A stretch of 64,000 bases of DNA from the human T2T-CHM13v2.0 reference genome, Homo sapiens. The DNA is taken from NCBI RefSeq assembly GCF_009914755.1, contig NC_060938.1; one strand, written 5' to 3'. Numbering within the stretch: the first letter of the stretch is position 1; every line of letters starts with the position of its first letter. This document shows, one piece after another, positions 28,060 through 44,356 of the stretch. The notes beneath the pieces were generated by a model. The model did not search any database. It had not been told where the DNA came from and saw nothing but the letters and a program-made list of their open reading frames with translations. A program made the translations under genes and the position numbers.

Positions 28060-29660
28060 CTTAATCTCAGAAATGCCTTTCATTTATTTCCCATGTAAAA
28101 GCCTGAAAGCCTGTTAGTTTCCCAAATTCCATGATTTTCCTCTTTCATGTTTTACTACACTTTTCAATGGCACACAAAGTGTAGCTCTTTGAGCCCTTTC
28201 ATGTCTCAAAATGTAATCAGCTCAGTCTTAACTTTTAACTGGTTGATAGACAATAAGTGAGTTTGAAAAACTTTTTTTCCCTATGATCTTGAAGACATTT
28301 CTACACTGCTTTCTACCTTCTTTTGCTGGTAATGAGAAATCTAGTCTCATTGTACAATGAGACTTTTTGATTTTTTTCCCTTATACACAAGCTTTAAGAA
28401 TCTTTGCTTTATCATCTCTATTCTTCAGTGTCAGGACAAAAGGCTTGCATGAGTGTATGTATGTGTTTCATTTCTTGTGCAGGACAGTTCAGGGGTATTT
28501 CTGTGTGGAAATTCATAAATTTTAGTCCTGAAAAAAATTGTATCAATTTTTTTGATAAAAGGAAGATCCCTACTTTTCACCTTCTTGTTTTCCTAAAGCA
28601 ACTCTGACTACTCTAGACTGATCTAAATTGACTTGAATTTTTCCTATTTTTTGTCCTTGTCCATTTGCTTCAATTTTGTGAGATTTTTCTTAACTTTATT
28701 TCTATTTTTTAAAATAAGTATCCACTATCATCTTTTTCATTTTTAAGAGCTTTCTTGTTATTTGAATGTTTCTTTTTATTGCCTTCTGTTCTTATTTCAT
28801 GGATGCAATCTCTTTTTTTGTAAGTATTAAATTCCTTCATTTCTGAGTTACTTCTGTTTCTTGAAATATCTCTGCCTTTATTTTCTCAGAATCTATTCTT
28901 ATAATTGTATGTTTTTACTTTTTTCTGCAAGTTTACATACTTTTCCCAAATATCTGTCAATCTTTGGCACTCATAAGCATACAGGAACCTCTGTGTATGG
29001 GTATGGCTTAAAAACACAACACTTTATAAAATCCCTGAATATCAGTTATCGTGTATACATCTTATCCTCTTTGGATTATTTTCATATTCCTCTAGAAGAA
29101 CTGTCCAATATCTTTCCTAGGAGTATAAGTCTAGATCTCTACATTCTTCAAAGAGAGTAGAAAAATAATCAGGTAGAAGTTCACATGTACCTCTGCGGTA
29201 CACCACCCCTCCAGTCTTCTCAGTGTCTGTTGATGTATAACTTTGTTCTAAGTATCCAGTAGCTTCCTAGGATTGAGAGGTATAGTCCTTGAAATAAGAT
29301 AAGTGGGGGTACCTGTGAGTCCAATTTCCCTTTATGAGAATTTTTAACCAAAAGTCATTTTCAGTTTCTTACCTTGAATTCCTGAGAAATTAGGGGTTCT
29401 TTAGCTTGGATTACCTTGCATCTAATTGACTCCTCACACTACAAGCTTGGGTTGTAATACTACCAGCATCCTAAGTCAGTTATTATTCTTTCATACACTT
29501 TCAATTTTCCACAGTTTGGCTCTCATGTCTAGTCTCTTTTATCTGATGTTGGCTTTTCTTTCGTCTTTCTGTCCTAGCATACTTAGGCTTTTTTTGTTCT
29601 ATCCTCTTTTTAGTGTGACTTCTGGGGGAGAAATAAAAGCACATGTCCAATCTCTGTTTT
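28060..29660 (-). mobile_element. Ancient L1M (ORF1/5'-side) fossil
   Basis: T-rich degenerate tracts (ttgaagacatttctacactgctttctacc...tgagaaatct; ttcatggatgcaat). Boundaries approximate. Confidence 0.5.
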
Positions 29661-29699
29661 AAAGTGATATCCATTTGACTTTTAAAACCATGTTCGTAC

Positions 29700-29996
29700 G
29701 GACCAGGTGTGGTGGCTCATGCCTGTAATCCTAGCACTTTGGGAGGCTGAGGTAGGCAGATCACTTGACGTCATGAGTTTGAGACCAGCCTGGGCAACAG
29801 GGTGAAACTCCATCTCTACCAAAAAATACAACAAAATTAGCTGGGTATGGTGGTGTGTCCCTGTAATCCCAACTACTTGAGAGGCAGAGACAGAAGTATC
29901 TCTTGAACTCAGGATTCCAGAGGTTGCAGTGGGCCCTGACTCACCACTGCACTCCAGCCTGGGTGACAGAAAGCCTGCCTCAAAAAAAGAAAAAAT
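29700..29996 (+). mobile_element. AluJ (AluJb-like)
   Basis: Diverged dimeric Alu with gatcacttga...cagcctgggcaaca and an A tail. Confidence 0.88.
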
Positions 29997-30618
29997 TTCA
30001 AAAAATACACATGTTCATGTATTAGTTTGATAAAAATAAATTGAAAAAGGAAAATTTCCTTCTTCAAATAATAACCTTAGTATAGCAAGTAATAAAATAT
30101 TGTGAGAGCAAATATGCCTATGATATGAAATGTAGAAGCCAACCTTTAAAAAAATTTGTCACTGAATGTTATATATTGGTTTTTTAACTATTATTGCTTC
30201 ACAATATAAAAATAACTCAATCATCCTCCTTAAATGGTAGTCAGTGTCAAAGACAAAAACTGCCAAATTTTATTATCAATCTTATAGACTGAAGAAAAAA
30301 AGCTATTCTCCCTTAGTCCATTGTTGAGTATATTTTATTATTATAGAACACAATTCTTTGCTTTTGCTTTTTGTTTATTAAATGTTCTTGTTTCACCCAT
30401 CTCTTGAAAAAGAGTACGTACATGCAAAATTCACTTTCAAAGTATCTAAAAGAGCACTTTTTTCCCAAAACTCTTTTTTTCTGAAATTACACAACCCCTC
30501 TTTTGTGATTCTGAATTAACTAAACCATATAAGAAAAGCAATCTTACTGCTTAATAGTCACATTATACTAATTTTTGGTTAATTAACTTAGTCTTTTTGG
30601 ATTTTAAACACCCCTCCT

Positions 30619-31021
30619 TAGTAGGTTGAATGGTTGCTTCCAAAAAGAGAAGTCTATGTCCTATCACAGGAAGCTGTGACTGTTACCTTGAGAGTAAGAA
30701 ATGCTCTTGGATTATTAGGTGGCCCCTAAATCCAATGACAAATATCCTTATAAGAGAAAGACTAAGGAAGAGTTTAGACAGACAGAAGATGTGGTCACCT
30801 AGAGGAGAGGGCAATGTGAAGATGGAGGCAGAGATTGGAGGAATGCTGCTACAAGCCAGTAGTCCCGTAAGCAAGAAGTGCCATTAGCCACCAGAAGCCA
30901 GGAGAGGCATAGAATGAATTCTTCCCCTAGAGTCTCTAGAAGGAACCAACCCTGTTGATACCTTGATTTCAGACTTCTGGCTTCCAGAACTGTGAATGAA
31001 CACATTACTGCTGTTTTAAGT
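30619..31021 (+). mobile_element. MaLR LTR (MLT1C-like)
   Basis: gtaggttgaatggt...ccctaaatccaatgacaaatatccttataagag...gtgaagatggaggcagagattggag...ccttgatttcagacttctggcttccagaactgtga. Confidence 0.8.
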
Positions 31022-31746
31022 AAATATGGAGACTTATAAACTCCTATGTAATAAAAGGGCTGCCTCTGACTTCACTGTGAACACAGTTGGCTCTTGTGAA
31101 TATTTTGAGGAAACGAAATTATCAGCACAAGTGAGTGCAGAGGCTTGGCCATGAGTGTGCACGGAACAAGCAGAAGTGTGGCAAGTGCCCTGGGGCAGAA
31201 TTGCAACTTGGAATGAAACTCTGTGTTTTATACATTTGCTGAAATAATCTTTAGCATTTACATGGATTTTTAGGTTTAGTTTTAGGACTTAGTTATAGTA
31301 ATTCTGTCACAAACTAGTTTTCTAGAGGTAAATTACTTTCCCTGAGCCTGTGTTCATACACTAAATGAGGGATTTCAAATCAGAAGAAACAATTTTTCTC
31401 TAAAATAATCTCATTGTAATTTTCAGATAAATTTTAAACATAAAATCAATTAATTTTACCATAAAAGTGTTAAGTTGATTTGTACATGTATAGAGTTTAT
31501 CAGTTTTATTTAATTACTGTCATAGAGACTATCAGTAAGTTGTCTGCATTTTAATTGTCTGCTTTCGATCTATTCATTCTTTTTCACTTGTGAGGTACAA
31601 TGATTCAAACATGGATTTTGATGGCACTGCAAAATCAAGTGTTGATTTGACTCTTCCTACTCAGTGGTACAGTTGAACCATGTTCAGTACCATTGACTCC
31701 ATGACCTATTTTACATATTCATTTCTAATATTAATTAACAACTTAT

Positions 31747-31906
31747 GGATAAGGTGCAGTGGCTCATGCCTATAATTCTAGTGCTTTTGAGGGCTGAGGC
31801 AGGAGGACTGGGAATATTGCTTTAATCCAGGAATTGGAGGCTGCAGTGAGGTATGATTGTGCCACTGCACTCCAGTCTGGGAGACAGAGTGACGAAAAAA
31901 AAAAAA
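31747..31906 (+). mobile_element. FRAM-like / single right-arm Alu monomer
   Basis: One monomer ending gaggctgcagtgaggtatgattgtgccactgcactccagtctggg plus an A tail. Confidence 0.78.
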
Positions 31907-31914
31907 CACTCAAA

Positions 31915-32197
31915 ATGTGTATTGTCCAAATTGAGATGGGTAATAGGTGTAAAATGCACAGCAATATGTAACATTTAGTATGAAAAAGAAAAATAAACAT
32001 TATCTCAAGAATTTTCTATTCATTTTATGTTGAAATTGTATTTTATCTACATAAAATTAAATAAAATATGACATTAAACTAATTTCATCCAGCTTTTAAC
32101 ATTTTTTAAAAATGTGCCTACAGAAAATGTGAAATTAAATGAATTTGTATTCGTAGCTCACATTTGTAGGTTGTTTTTTCTGTTGCACGGTGCTGGT
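31915..32197. mobile_element. MER33-like hAT-Charlie MITE fragment
   Basis: gtccaaattgagatg...gtgtaaaatgcaca...ttagtatgaaaaaga...gtagctcacatttgt...ttgcacggtgctg. Confidence 0.65.
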
Positions 32198-33265
32198 TAA
32201 TTTTGTGTAATTAGCAAAGCTCCTGTAAGATTACAAACTAACTTACAAGAAAAGAAGTTACGAGAAAGGGAGGAGGACAACACTTACAGAACACATATTT
32301 TGTATAGGGTTTTATCCTATTTATTTTATATATGATCAATATTCAGCATATCTTCTGTGAATTATGTTATTATTATCCCCATTTTATTGTCAAGATTTCC
32401 AAAGTATAAGTAGTTAACTTGCCGTTTATATAGGGCAAGTTAAAAGTAATATCAGAAGCTAAAGTTTTTATCTGCTGCTTACAAAGTTCTTAGATTAAAA
32501 AAAAACCTTAATTTCTAGAAAAAAAATCAGAGATTATTGTTTCAATATCCATTTTTCCCTTTATAAAATAGTAATAGAATGCCTAATTTTAGTTGGACCC
32601 AGCATTTCTCAATCCACTTTCAATTATGTATATCATATAATCTGGCCAAAGAGATGTGAACAGATGGAAATCTTCCTCAAAAGAAAGCCAATACGCGTGT
32701 CATTTGCATCTTCTTCCCCTTTCTTTCTTTGAATCTGAGTATGCTGTCCGGAGTTGAAGCAACAATTCTGGAATATAAGATAGCCTTTAGAATCAAAACT
32801 ACTCCTAAAACAAGATAAAAATAATGCCATAGAATAACTTGAGTTCCCAGAGATTTCGTAGAGGAAAATTAACATGAAAACAATTGGCCAGTTTACCTCA
32901 AGACTTTTACATGTGAGAAAAATAAAAGCAGATATTATTTAAGCCACAGATACGTTTGGTCTTTTTTTTTCCCCCTTTGTATAACCTAGCCTCGCCTGAT
33001 ACCAATAGTAATGAAATAGCCTTTAAAATAAAGTTTCTGAATAGGTTTCTTTTTTTTTTAATTATACTTTAAGTTTTAGGGTACATGTGCACAACGTGCA
33101 GGTTTTTTACATATGTATACATGTGCCATGTTGGTGTGCTGCACCCATTAACTTGTCATTTAACATTAGGTATATCTCCTAATGCTATCCGTCCCCCCTC
33201 CCCCGACCCCACAACAGGCCCCTGTGTGTTGTGTTCCCCTTCCTGTGTCCACGTGTACTCATAGT

Positions 33266-37080
<3,815 letters not shown>

Positions 37081-37143
37081 TATGATGTTAGCTGGTTATT
37101 TTGCTCGTTAGTTGATGCAGTTTCTTTCTAGCCTCAATGGTCT

Positions 37144-38161
37144 TTACAATTTGGCATGTTTTTGCAGTGGCTGGTACCAGTTGTTCCTTTCCATGTTTAG
37201 TGCTTCCTTCAGGAGCTCTTTTAGGGCAGGCCTGGTGGTGACAAAATCTCTTAGAATTTGCTTGTCTGTAAAGTATTTTATTTCTCCTTCACTTATGAAG
37301 CTTAGTTTGACTGGATATGAAATTCTGGGTTGCAAATTCTTTTCTTTAAGAATGTTGAATATTGGCCTCCACCCTCTTCAGGCTTGTAGAGTTTCTGCCA
37401 AGAGATCAGCTGTTAGTCTGATGGGCTTCCCTCTTTGGGTAACCTGACCTTTCTCTTTGGCTGTCATTAACATTTTTTCCTCCATTTCAACTTTGATGAA
37501 TCTGACAATTATGTGTCTTGGAGTTTCTCTTCTGGAGCAGTATCTTTGTGGCATTCTCTGTATTTGCTGAATTTGAATGTTGGCCTGCCTTGCTAGCTTG
37601 GGGAAGTTCTCCTGGATAATATACTGCAGAGTGTTTTCCAACTTGATACCATTCTCCCCGTCACTTTCAGGTACACCAATCAGACGTATATTTGGTCTTT
37701 TCACATAGTCCCATATTTCTTGGAGGCATTGTTTGTTTCTTTTTATTCTTTTTTCTCTAAACTTCTCTTCTTGTTTCATTTCATTCATTTGATCTTCCAT
37801 CACTGATACCCTTTCTTCCTGTTGATCGAATCAGCTACTGAAGCTTGTGCATTCATCCCGTAGTTCTCGTGCCATGGTTTTCAGCTCCATCAGGTCCTTT
37901 AAGGACTTCTCTGCATTGGTTATTCTAGATAGCCATTCGTCTAATTTTTTTTTCAAGGTTTTTAACTTCTTTGCCAAGGGTTTGAACTTCCTCCTTTAGC
38001 TCAGAGTAGTTTGATCATCCGAAGCCTTCTTCTCTCAATTCGTCAAAGTCATTCTCCATCCAGCTTTGTTCCGTTGCTGGTGAGGAGCTGCGTTCCTTTG
38101 GAGGAGGAGAGGCACTCTGATTTTTAGAATTTCCAGTTTTTCTGCTCTGTTTTTTCCCCAT
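37144..38161 (-). pseudogene. L1 ORF1 remnant, disrupted
   Basis: ATG GGG AAA AAA CAG at 38161. Fragments 37378-37803 (LQEIWDYVKRPN) and 37144-37335 (...QPLQKHAKL stop). Confidence 0.92.
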
Positions 38162-38736
38162 CTTTTTGGTTTTATCTACCTTTGGTCTTTGATGATGGTG
38201 ATGTACAGATGGGGTTTTGGTGTGGATGTCCTTTCTGTTTGTTAGTTTTCCTTCTAACAGTCAGGACCCTCAGCTGCAGGTCTGCTGGAGTTTGCTGGAG
38301 GTCCACTCCAGACCCTGTTTGCCTGGGTATCAGCAGCAGAGGCTGCAGAACAGCGGATATTGGTGAACTGTAAATGTTGCTGCCTGACCGTTCCTGTGGA
38401 AGTTTTGTCTCAGAGGAGTACCCAGCCATGTGTGGTGTCAGTCTGCCCCTACTGTGGGGTGCCTCCCGGTTAGGCTACTCAGGGGTCAGGGACCCACTTG
38501 AGGAGGCAGTCTGTCCGTTCTCAGATCTCCAGCTATGTACTGGGAGAACCACTGCTCTCTTCAAAGCTTTCAGACAGGGACATTTAAGTCTGCAGAATTT
38601 TCTGCTGCCTTTTGTTTGGCTATGCCATGCCCCCAGAGGTGGAGTCTACAGAGGGAGGCAGGCCTCCTTGAGCTGCAGTGGGCTCTACCCAGTTCGAGCT
38701 TCTAGGCTGCTTTGTTTACCTACTGAAGCCTCGGCA

Positions 38737-39000
38737 ATGGCGGGCACTCTTCCCCCAGACTCGCTGCCACCTTACTGTTTGATCTCAGACTGCTGTGCTA
38801 GTAATGAGCGAGGCTCCACGGGTGTAGGACCCTCCCAGCCAGGCGCAGGATGTAATCTCCTGGTGTGCCCTTTGCTAAGACCGTTGGAAAAGCGCAGTAT
38901 TAGGGTGGGAGTGACCCAATTTTCCAGGTGCCATCTGTCACCCCTTTCTTTGACTAGGAAAGGGAATTCCCTGACCCCTTGCGCTTCCTGGGTGAGGTGA
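38737..39000 (+). CDS. L1 ORF0 (antisense 5'UTR ORF), open, 87 codons; expression unknown
   Basis: The ATG is in a gcaATGg context about 453 nt from the L1 5' end. MAGTLPPDSLPPYCLISDCCASNERGSTGVGPSQPG... matches the known ORF0 N-terminus (MAGAPPPASLPPCSLISDCCASN...) and is in frame within track ORF 38374-39000. Confidence 0.7.
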   Translation: MAGTLPPDSLPPYCLISDCCASNERGSTGVGPSQPGAGCNLLVCPLLRPLEKRSIRVGVTQFSRCHLSPLSLTRKGNSLTPCASWVR

Positions 39001-42000
39001 TGCCTCGCCCTGCTTCAGCTCATGCTCTGTGTGCTGCTCCCACTGTCCTGCACCCACTTTCTGACACTCCCCAGTGAGATGAACCCAGTACCTCAGTTGG
39101 AAATGCAGAAATCACCTGTCTTCTGTGTCTCTCACACTGGGAGCTGTAGACTGGAGCTGTTCTTATTTGGCCATCTTGGCTCTTCCCCCTCTCTGAATTG
39201 GTGTCAAATTTTTAGATAAACAGTAACTGAAAAGCCTCAAGAATAATAATAACCCAGCAGCAAGAAATAGGAATATTTCAATCAAAGGATTTGGAGGGCT
39301 TTCTGGCTATGGTTAAGAACGAGAAGAAGTAGAAAAAGGGATCAAAGAACTCAACAAAATATAAATGACGAATGTGAACATATAACGTGACATAGTTTCT
39401 TTTTAACTGTGCACAAAACCTCTCTCCCTTGTATCTCGGGACTACCTTTCACTCGTATCTTATAACTAGTGTGGTTTGGTGCTCAGTTCTCTTTCTCAGC
39501 ACCACCTTGAGATCAGAGATGGCATAAATATGCCTTGAAGTAGTAAATATAGGCTATAAACAGGAACATGATCGGTACTTGAAACTTTCTCTGTTAACCT
39601 AAAGTCATCAGAATGAGAAAATAAGCAGATATAAATTCCCATTTCTGCTCTGTCTCAATCACGAAATCACAGACAATGCACAAGATATGCGAGAGAAGAC
39701 TCACATTGTACACCACTGTTATCCAAGAGTATAGAGCTGGAAACAAATACAAAAATGCCAACAATGACAGTTGCCGCCAAATGCAAAGTGAACAGCTAGA
39801 ACCAAGTGGGAAAACTATTTATTTTATTTTGCTACATGCTCAAGGTTTGATTTCCATTTTCCCACTTTCAGATTGTCATTTTGCCTAGGAAGTTTTTCAT
39901 TAAACTTTCAGCTGACAGGCAAGTGATAGTCTTCAAACCTGGAATTAGTTCAGTAATAAGAATCCTCGCTTGAGGCTCTATCAGCATTTCGGAGGCAGAA
40001 TAGTGTCAAGGGAGAGGCCTGCCAGAGGGAATTTTTAGAGGTGGGAGCAGATTATAGATCAAGAACTCTCTGCTAGTACTTTCCCTCCACCCGAGCCCTT
40101 CCTTTCAGTCTTAGTGCACTTGTTTAAGCAGTCTTGCCCTCTTGGAATTCAGGCTGAGGTAAAACAGGCAAACATTGAAACTGACACCAGGAACAGCATC
40201 ACCTGCCATGAGTTTGTTGAAATAACAAGTCAGTTTTAAGACCCAATACCTACGTTTTTTAAAAGTTTACCAAATCTATTTATTGCACTAAATTTATAGG
40301 TTACTTACAATAACCCTCAGCGGACTGACTACATTGTTTTTCTTCCTTTGATTTTGTTTTTACTAAGTGTGGTAATGGTATCATTTCATTTATATACATT
40401 ATGTACTAAAACATTCCCTTTAAAAATTTTTTTGGAAACTTAAAAGCAGATAAAATGAAAATTTGCTTGGATTATTTTTCTTCACCAACTAATGCATTTA
40501 GGGCTAATATATTTAAGAAATGGAAATTTTGCTTTAAAAGAGTAGAGTAAGAAAAATCCAAGCAAGGTGTGAACTTGTTACTTAGGGGAAACTAGGTTAA
40601 GGCTTTAAAACTAAGGAACAAACAAAATAAATGTAATCATTTAGAAGACATTCTATCTGTTTTCTCTTTATTATCTTAATTAATGTTATGAAGACAGTGC
40701 CTCTAGGCAGAAGGTGCCACTGAAACAATCCAGTCTGCTCAAGGATTTAAAATCATTGTCAAATTTCTGCATTCCTGGGATGTAGCTAAATTTCTCAGAG
40801 AATCCATGAATATTCTCAGATGAGTTTCAATATATGAAGTGACTCTAAATTAATGAAAATTGAACAGGGGCTGGAGTTTCTCCTCAAAGCCTAATGTTTA
40901 GAATTTTAATCTAGCATACTCAGTCAGCCCTAATTAGAGGACTTCAACATTATGCAGACATCTATCACCATGATATGACTCTGGGGAGGAATGTGTGTGT
41001 AATTAATCACCATGAATACCCGCTGTCCTCTTTTCCCTTGTGGAGATTAGAGGGGAGAGAGAGGGCTAGAGTCACCACGTTTGTGTAAACAACTCCGAAT
41101 CCTATTCAATTATTTTACTTTCTTAGAAGAGCCTTGTTTTAAAAAGTCATTAATGTCCATTTGTTCATTCTTTTTAATATATATTTTCATGGGCAATTTT
41201 ATCTCCTCACCTGAAAGCAACAGAGCTGCTTCATTGGGAGGAGGGGAAGAACTTTACTGTCTTTTGAAGACTGTGTTTTTCCCTCTCAAAGGACAAAGTT
41301 CCTCCATGTGAATCCCCAGTGCCTATCCATGAAACACCTGGCTTTTCTTTGGCGATTTCCACCCAATGTACTGAGAGAGTCTGACCTTTCTTAACTCATA
41401 GATAATGACAAGGCAGCCAAACATGTGTTGTCTCATAATTGCTTTTACAGATCTATGCCATGAGGTATGATTAAAGACAAGGAGAAAGGTTATTAGAAGA
41501 TAAAAGAAAGACAATGCCTTATTTATGGAAATCATTTAGAATTGTGTAGCACCTATGGTGTAAACCACAAATACAGTGAGAAAGTAAGCATTAATGAACT
41601 TTAAATGTTGAAGAATATTTTTCTGCTGGGCTATCAACAATTTGAATGCAAGAGGCACCTTTTGCATATTAAATGCTGAGATTTTTACTCTGTAGGACAG
41701 TAGTGCGGAAAGGAATAGGAATTGTCCTAAAATAGCAAAGACTAATAGAATAAAGGGGGCTGTTCTCTTCAGTTACCCAAGGGAATTGTATGCTCTGAGT
41801 TATCCCAAATGTGTGTCTCATTTACAATTGCAACTTCAAAAATTTTTTCATCAAGCACATCAGACTAGGCAGAAAGAACATAAGTCACTGGGCCCAAGTC
41901 TCAAAAACCACTGGAAGTGTCAGTGAACCGTAAAAATCATCAGACTGAAGGAAATACTGGCCTTGGAACAAAATTAGCTTTCATGGTAATATTGTTTATA

Positions 42001-44049
42001 GATAAAGCAATGTACCTTAAAGATATAATATCTAAGTTTTTATGCCTTTAGATCAAAGACTAGTCAAGGGGTTCTGATAGCTCTGAGGAGCAGCTGGAGA
42101 AAGTGTGTGTCCAAGAACAGAAACAAAAAGACCTCTAATTAAAAAGCCCCACAGTGAATGTAGCCAGAGGAAATGTAAATCAGAAATTGTTTAAAGTTGA
42201 AAGCGATGGTAGCAGAAACAGAAAACTGGGAACATGAGCTGTGCATTAGAATTTTGACTTAAATAAACAAAGATAATTCAATGAGTCTTCCCATGCAAAG
42301 AAAGGCAAACACAAAATTTTAGAAAAGAATTTAAAATTCAGACAGAGATTAGGACCGGTCTTATGCTCCAACCTATTTGAAGCAAGGTTAATTCCTGAAT
42401 TTCTTACTTAGGGTATAGCTATTACCAAGACTCTAGACATTGTAATTTTGGCAATTTAGGATCCAAGAGACAAATTTGAGAAGAAAAAACGTAGTCCAGC
42501 TCATACAATCTTGAAAAATTATATTTAATTCCTGGTTTTGACAATTATTAAGGAAGCAGATGGTGACTCATTCAAAGTTTGCCTCAGACAGGATGACATT
42601 GGAGAAGATTGTATCAATTTTTATAGATTTTAAATATTTTATTCTATTTTCTTTAATCAAATCCTCTTATTTCAGTCTTTCCACAACTCAAATACATAAT
42701 CATCAGGAACAAATATGGTAAGAAAATTTGTATTTTGGGGAGACTTTATCTTCCTTTTTTTGGCTTATAATATTCCTGAAATTGCTCCAGATACTCACGG
42801 GTGCTGATTCTCTTCCTACCATATTACCTATCAGAGATTTCATTATAGATTTTTTTTCCTAATAACCAATGATACAAGATCCTAGCTCCTAACCAAGTGA
42901 AAGAAGAAAATGCAGTTTGATTTATGAAACATAGCAAAAGACCAAAAGAGAACTACTATGTTAAGAAGAAAAGAAACAAAACAAAAACCCCAAAATTGTT
43001 TATTAAAACTCAGTTAAATATATTAAATTAGTCATCATGCCTTTTTGTCAAAGCTGCAAATGAAGGAGACCCATCTTTGCACAGTTAAAAACCTTAACCC
43101 AGATGAAAATTACATTTAGATTGATGGTAAAGCTATTTGTTAATATAGTCACCATTTGGACAAGGTTGTCTCTGATTTGCATATTTCCAAGTGATTTATT
43201 TTACAATAGGTTGTCTTTTTCCTTATCTGTCTTGCACTAGAGAACAGGCAAAAAGTAACATTTGCCTCATGTTAGTGCTCTAAATGAGGATATGCTCCTT
43301 CAGAGCAGGTCAGTAAGTTACACCAAGCAATGAGCACATTAGTTCTGGCACCCTGGGTTTATATCTCTTATAATAATTTGAATAGAATACTTTCAGTTTA
43401 CATTAGCAAGAAAAGGTTGCAGATTATACCAAAAGTTTGCTTCTTAAAACATGATTAATCTGAATTCAGGTATATGTCCAGTATCTAGCAGAAGAGGGGA
43501 TGATCAAATTTGTGCAAAACCATTAAAATGAAGATATGCGCCAAATTTTGTGATCTGTCTTTTAAAGCAGTTTCTCATTTGAAATTCCAGAAAGGATTTA
43601 GCAGGACTTAATTCCAAAAAGTGTGCTTTATGGAAAAAAAAAAGTAACAAAGAAACAAAGGAATTAAGTGATGATGAGAAATAATATGTCCTCAGAGTGG
43701 AAAAAACATTAGATTAAAATCGTGTTATAAATGAAGTACCTGATAAAATATTATAGAATTATTTTTCCTTTGAAACAACAAAAGGCTAGAATCAACTCTC
43801 TTCTTTGTAGAAAATTAGTCCATTTATTATTTCTAACTAAAGGCAGCAAAAGAAAAAGAAAATGGAAATAGCAAGAATGATATCAGCAGTGCTAAGGTAG
43901 CATTTTGTGAAGTGAGGCAGAGGAAAGACAGTGCCTGACTGCCGGCCCCTTAAAGACAAAAGCATTAAAAAGGAGAATGAATTAGCATGGCTGAAAGCAA
44001 TGTATTTATTTATTTTTTGTGGAGTACTGCTATTTTAGGTTACCTTTTC

Positions 44050-44356
44050 TTTTTTTGTTTTTTGTTTTTTTGTTTTGAGATGGAGTCTAGCTCTGTCACC
44101 CAGGCTGGAGTGCAGTGGCATAATCTTGGCTTACTGCAAGCTCTGCCTCCCAGGTTCAAGTGATTCTCCTGCCTCAGCCTCCTGAGTAGCTAGGATTACA
44201 GGTGCACACCACCACACCCGGCTAATTTTTGTATTTTTAGTAGAGACAGGGTTTCACCATGTTGGTCAGGCTGGTTGCGAACTCCTGACCTCGTGATCCG
44301 CCTGCCTCAGCCTCCCAAAGTGCTGGGATTACAGGCGCGAGCCACCGCACCCAGCC
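44050..44356 (-). mobile_element. AluSg-like
   Basis: Dimeric Alu; 15-bp TSD ttaggttacc(t/c)tttc at 44035-44049 and 44357-44371. Confidence 0.93.
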
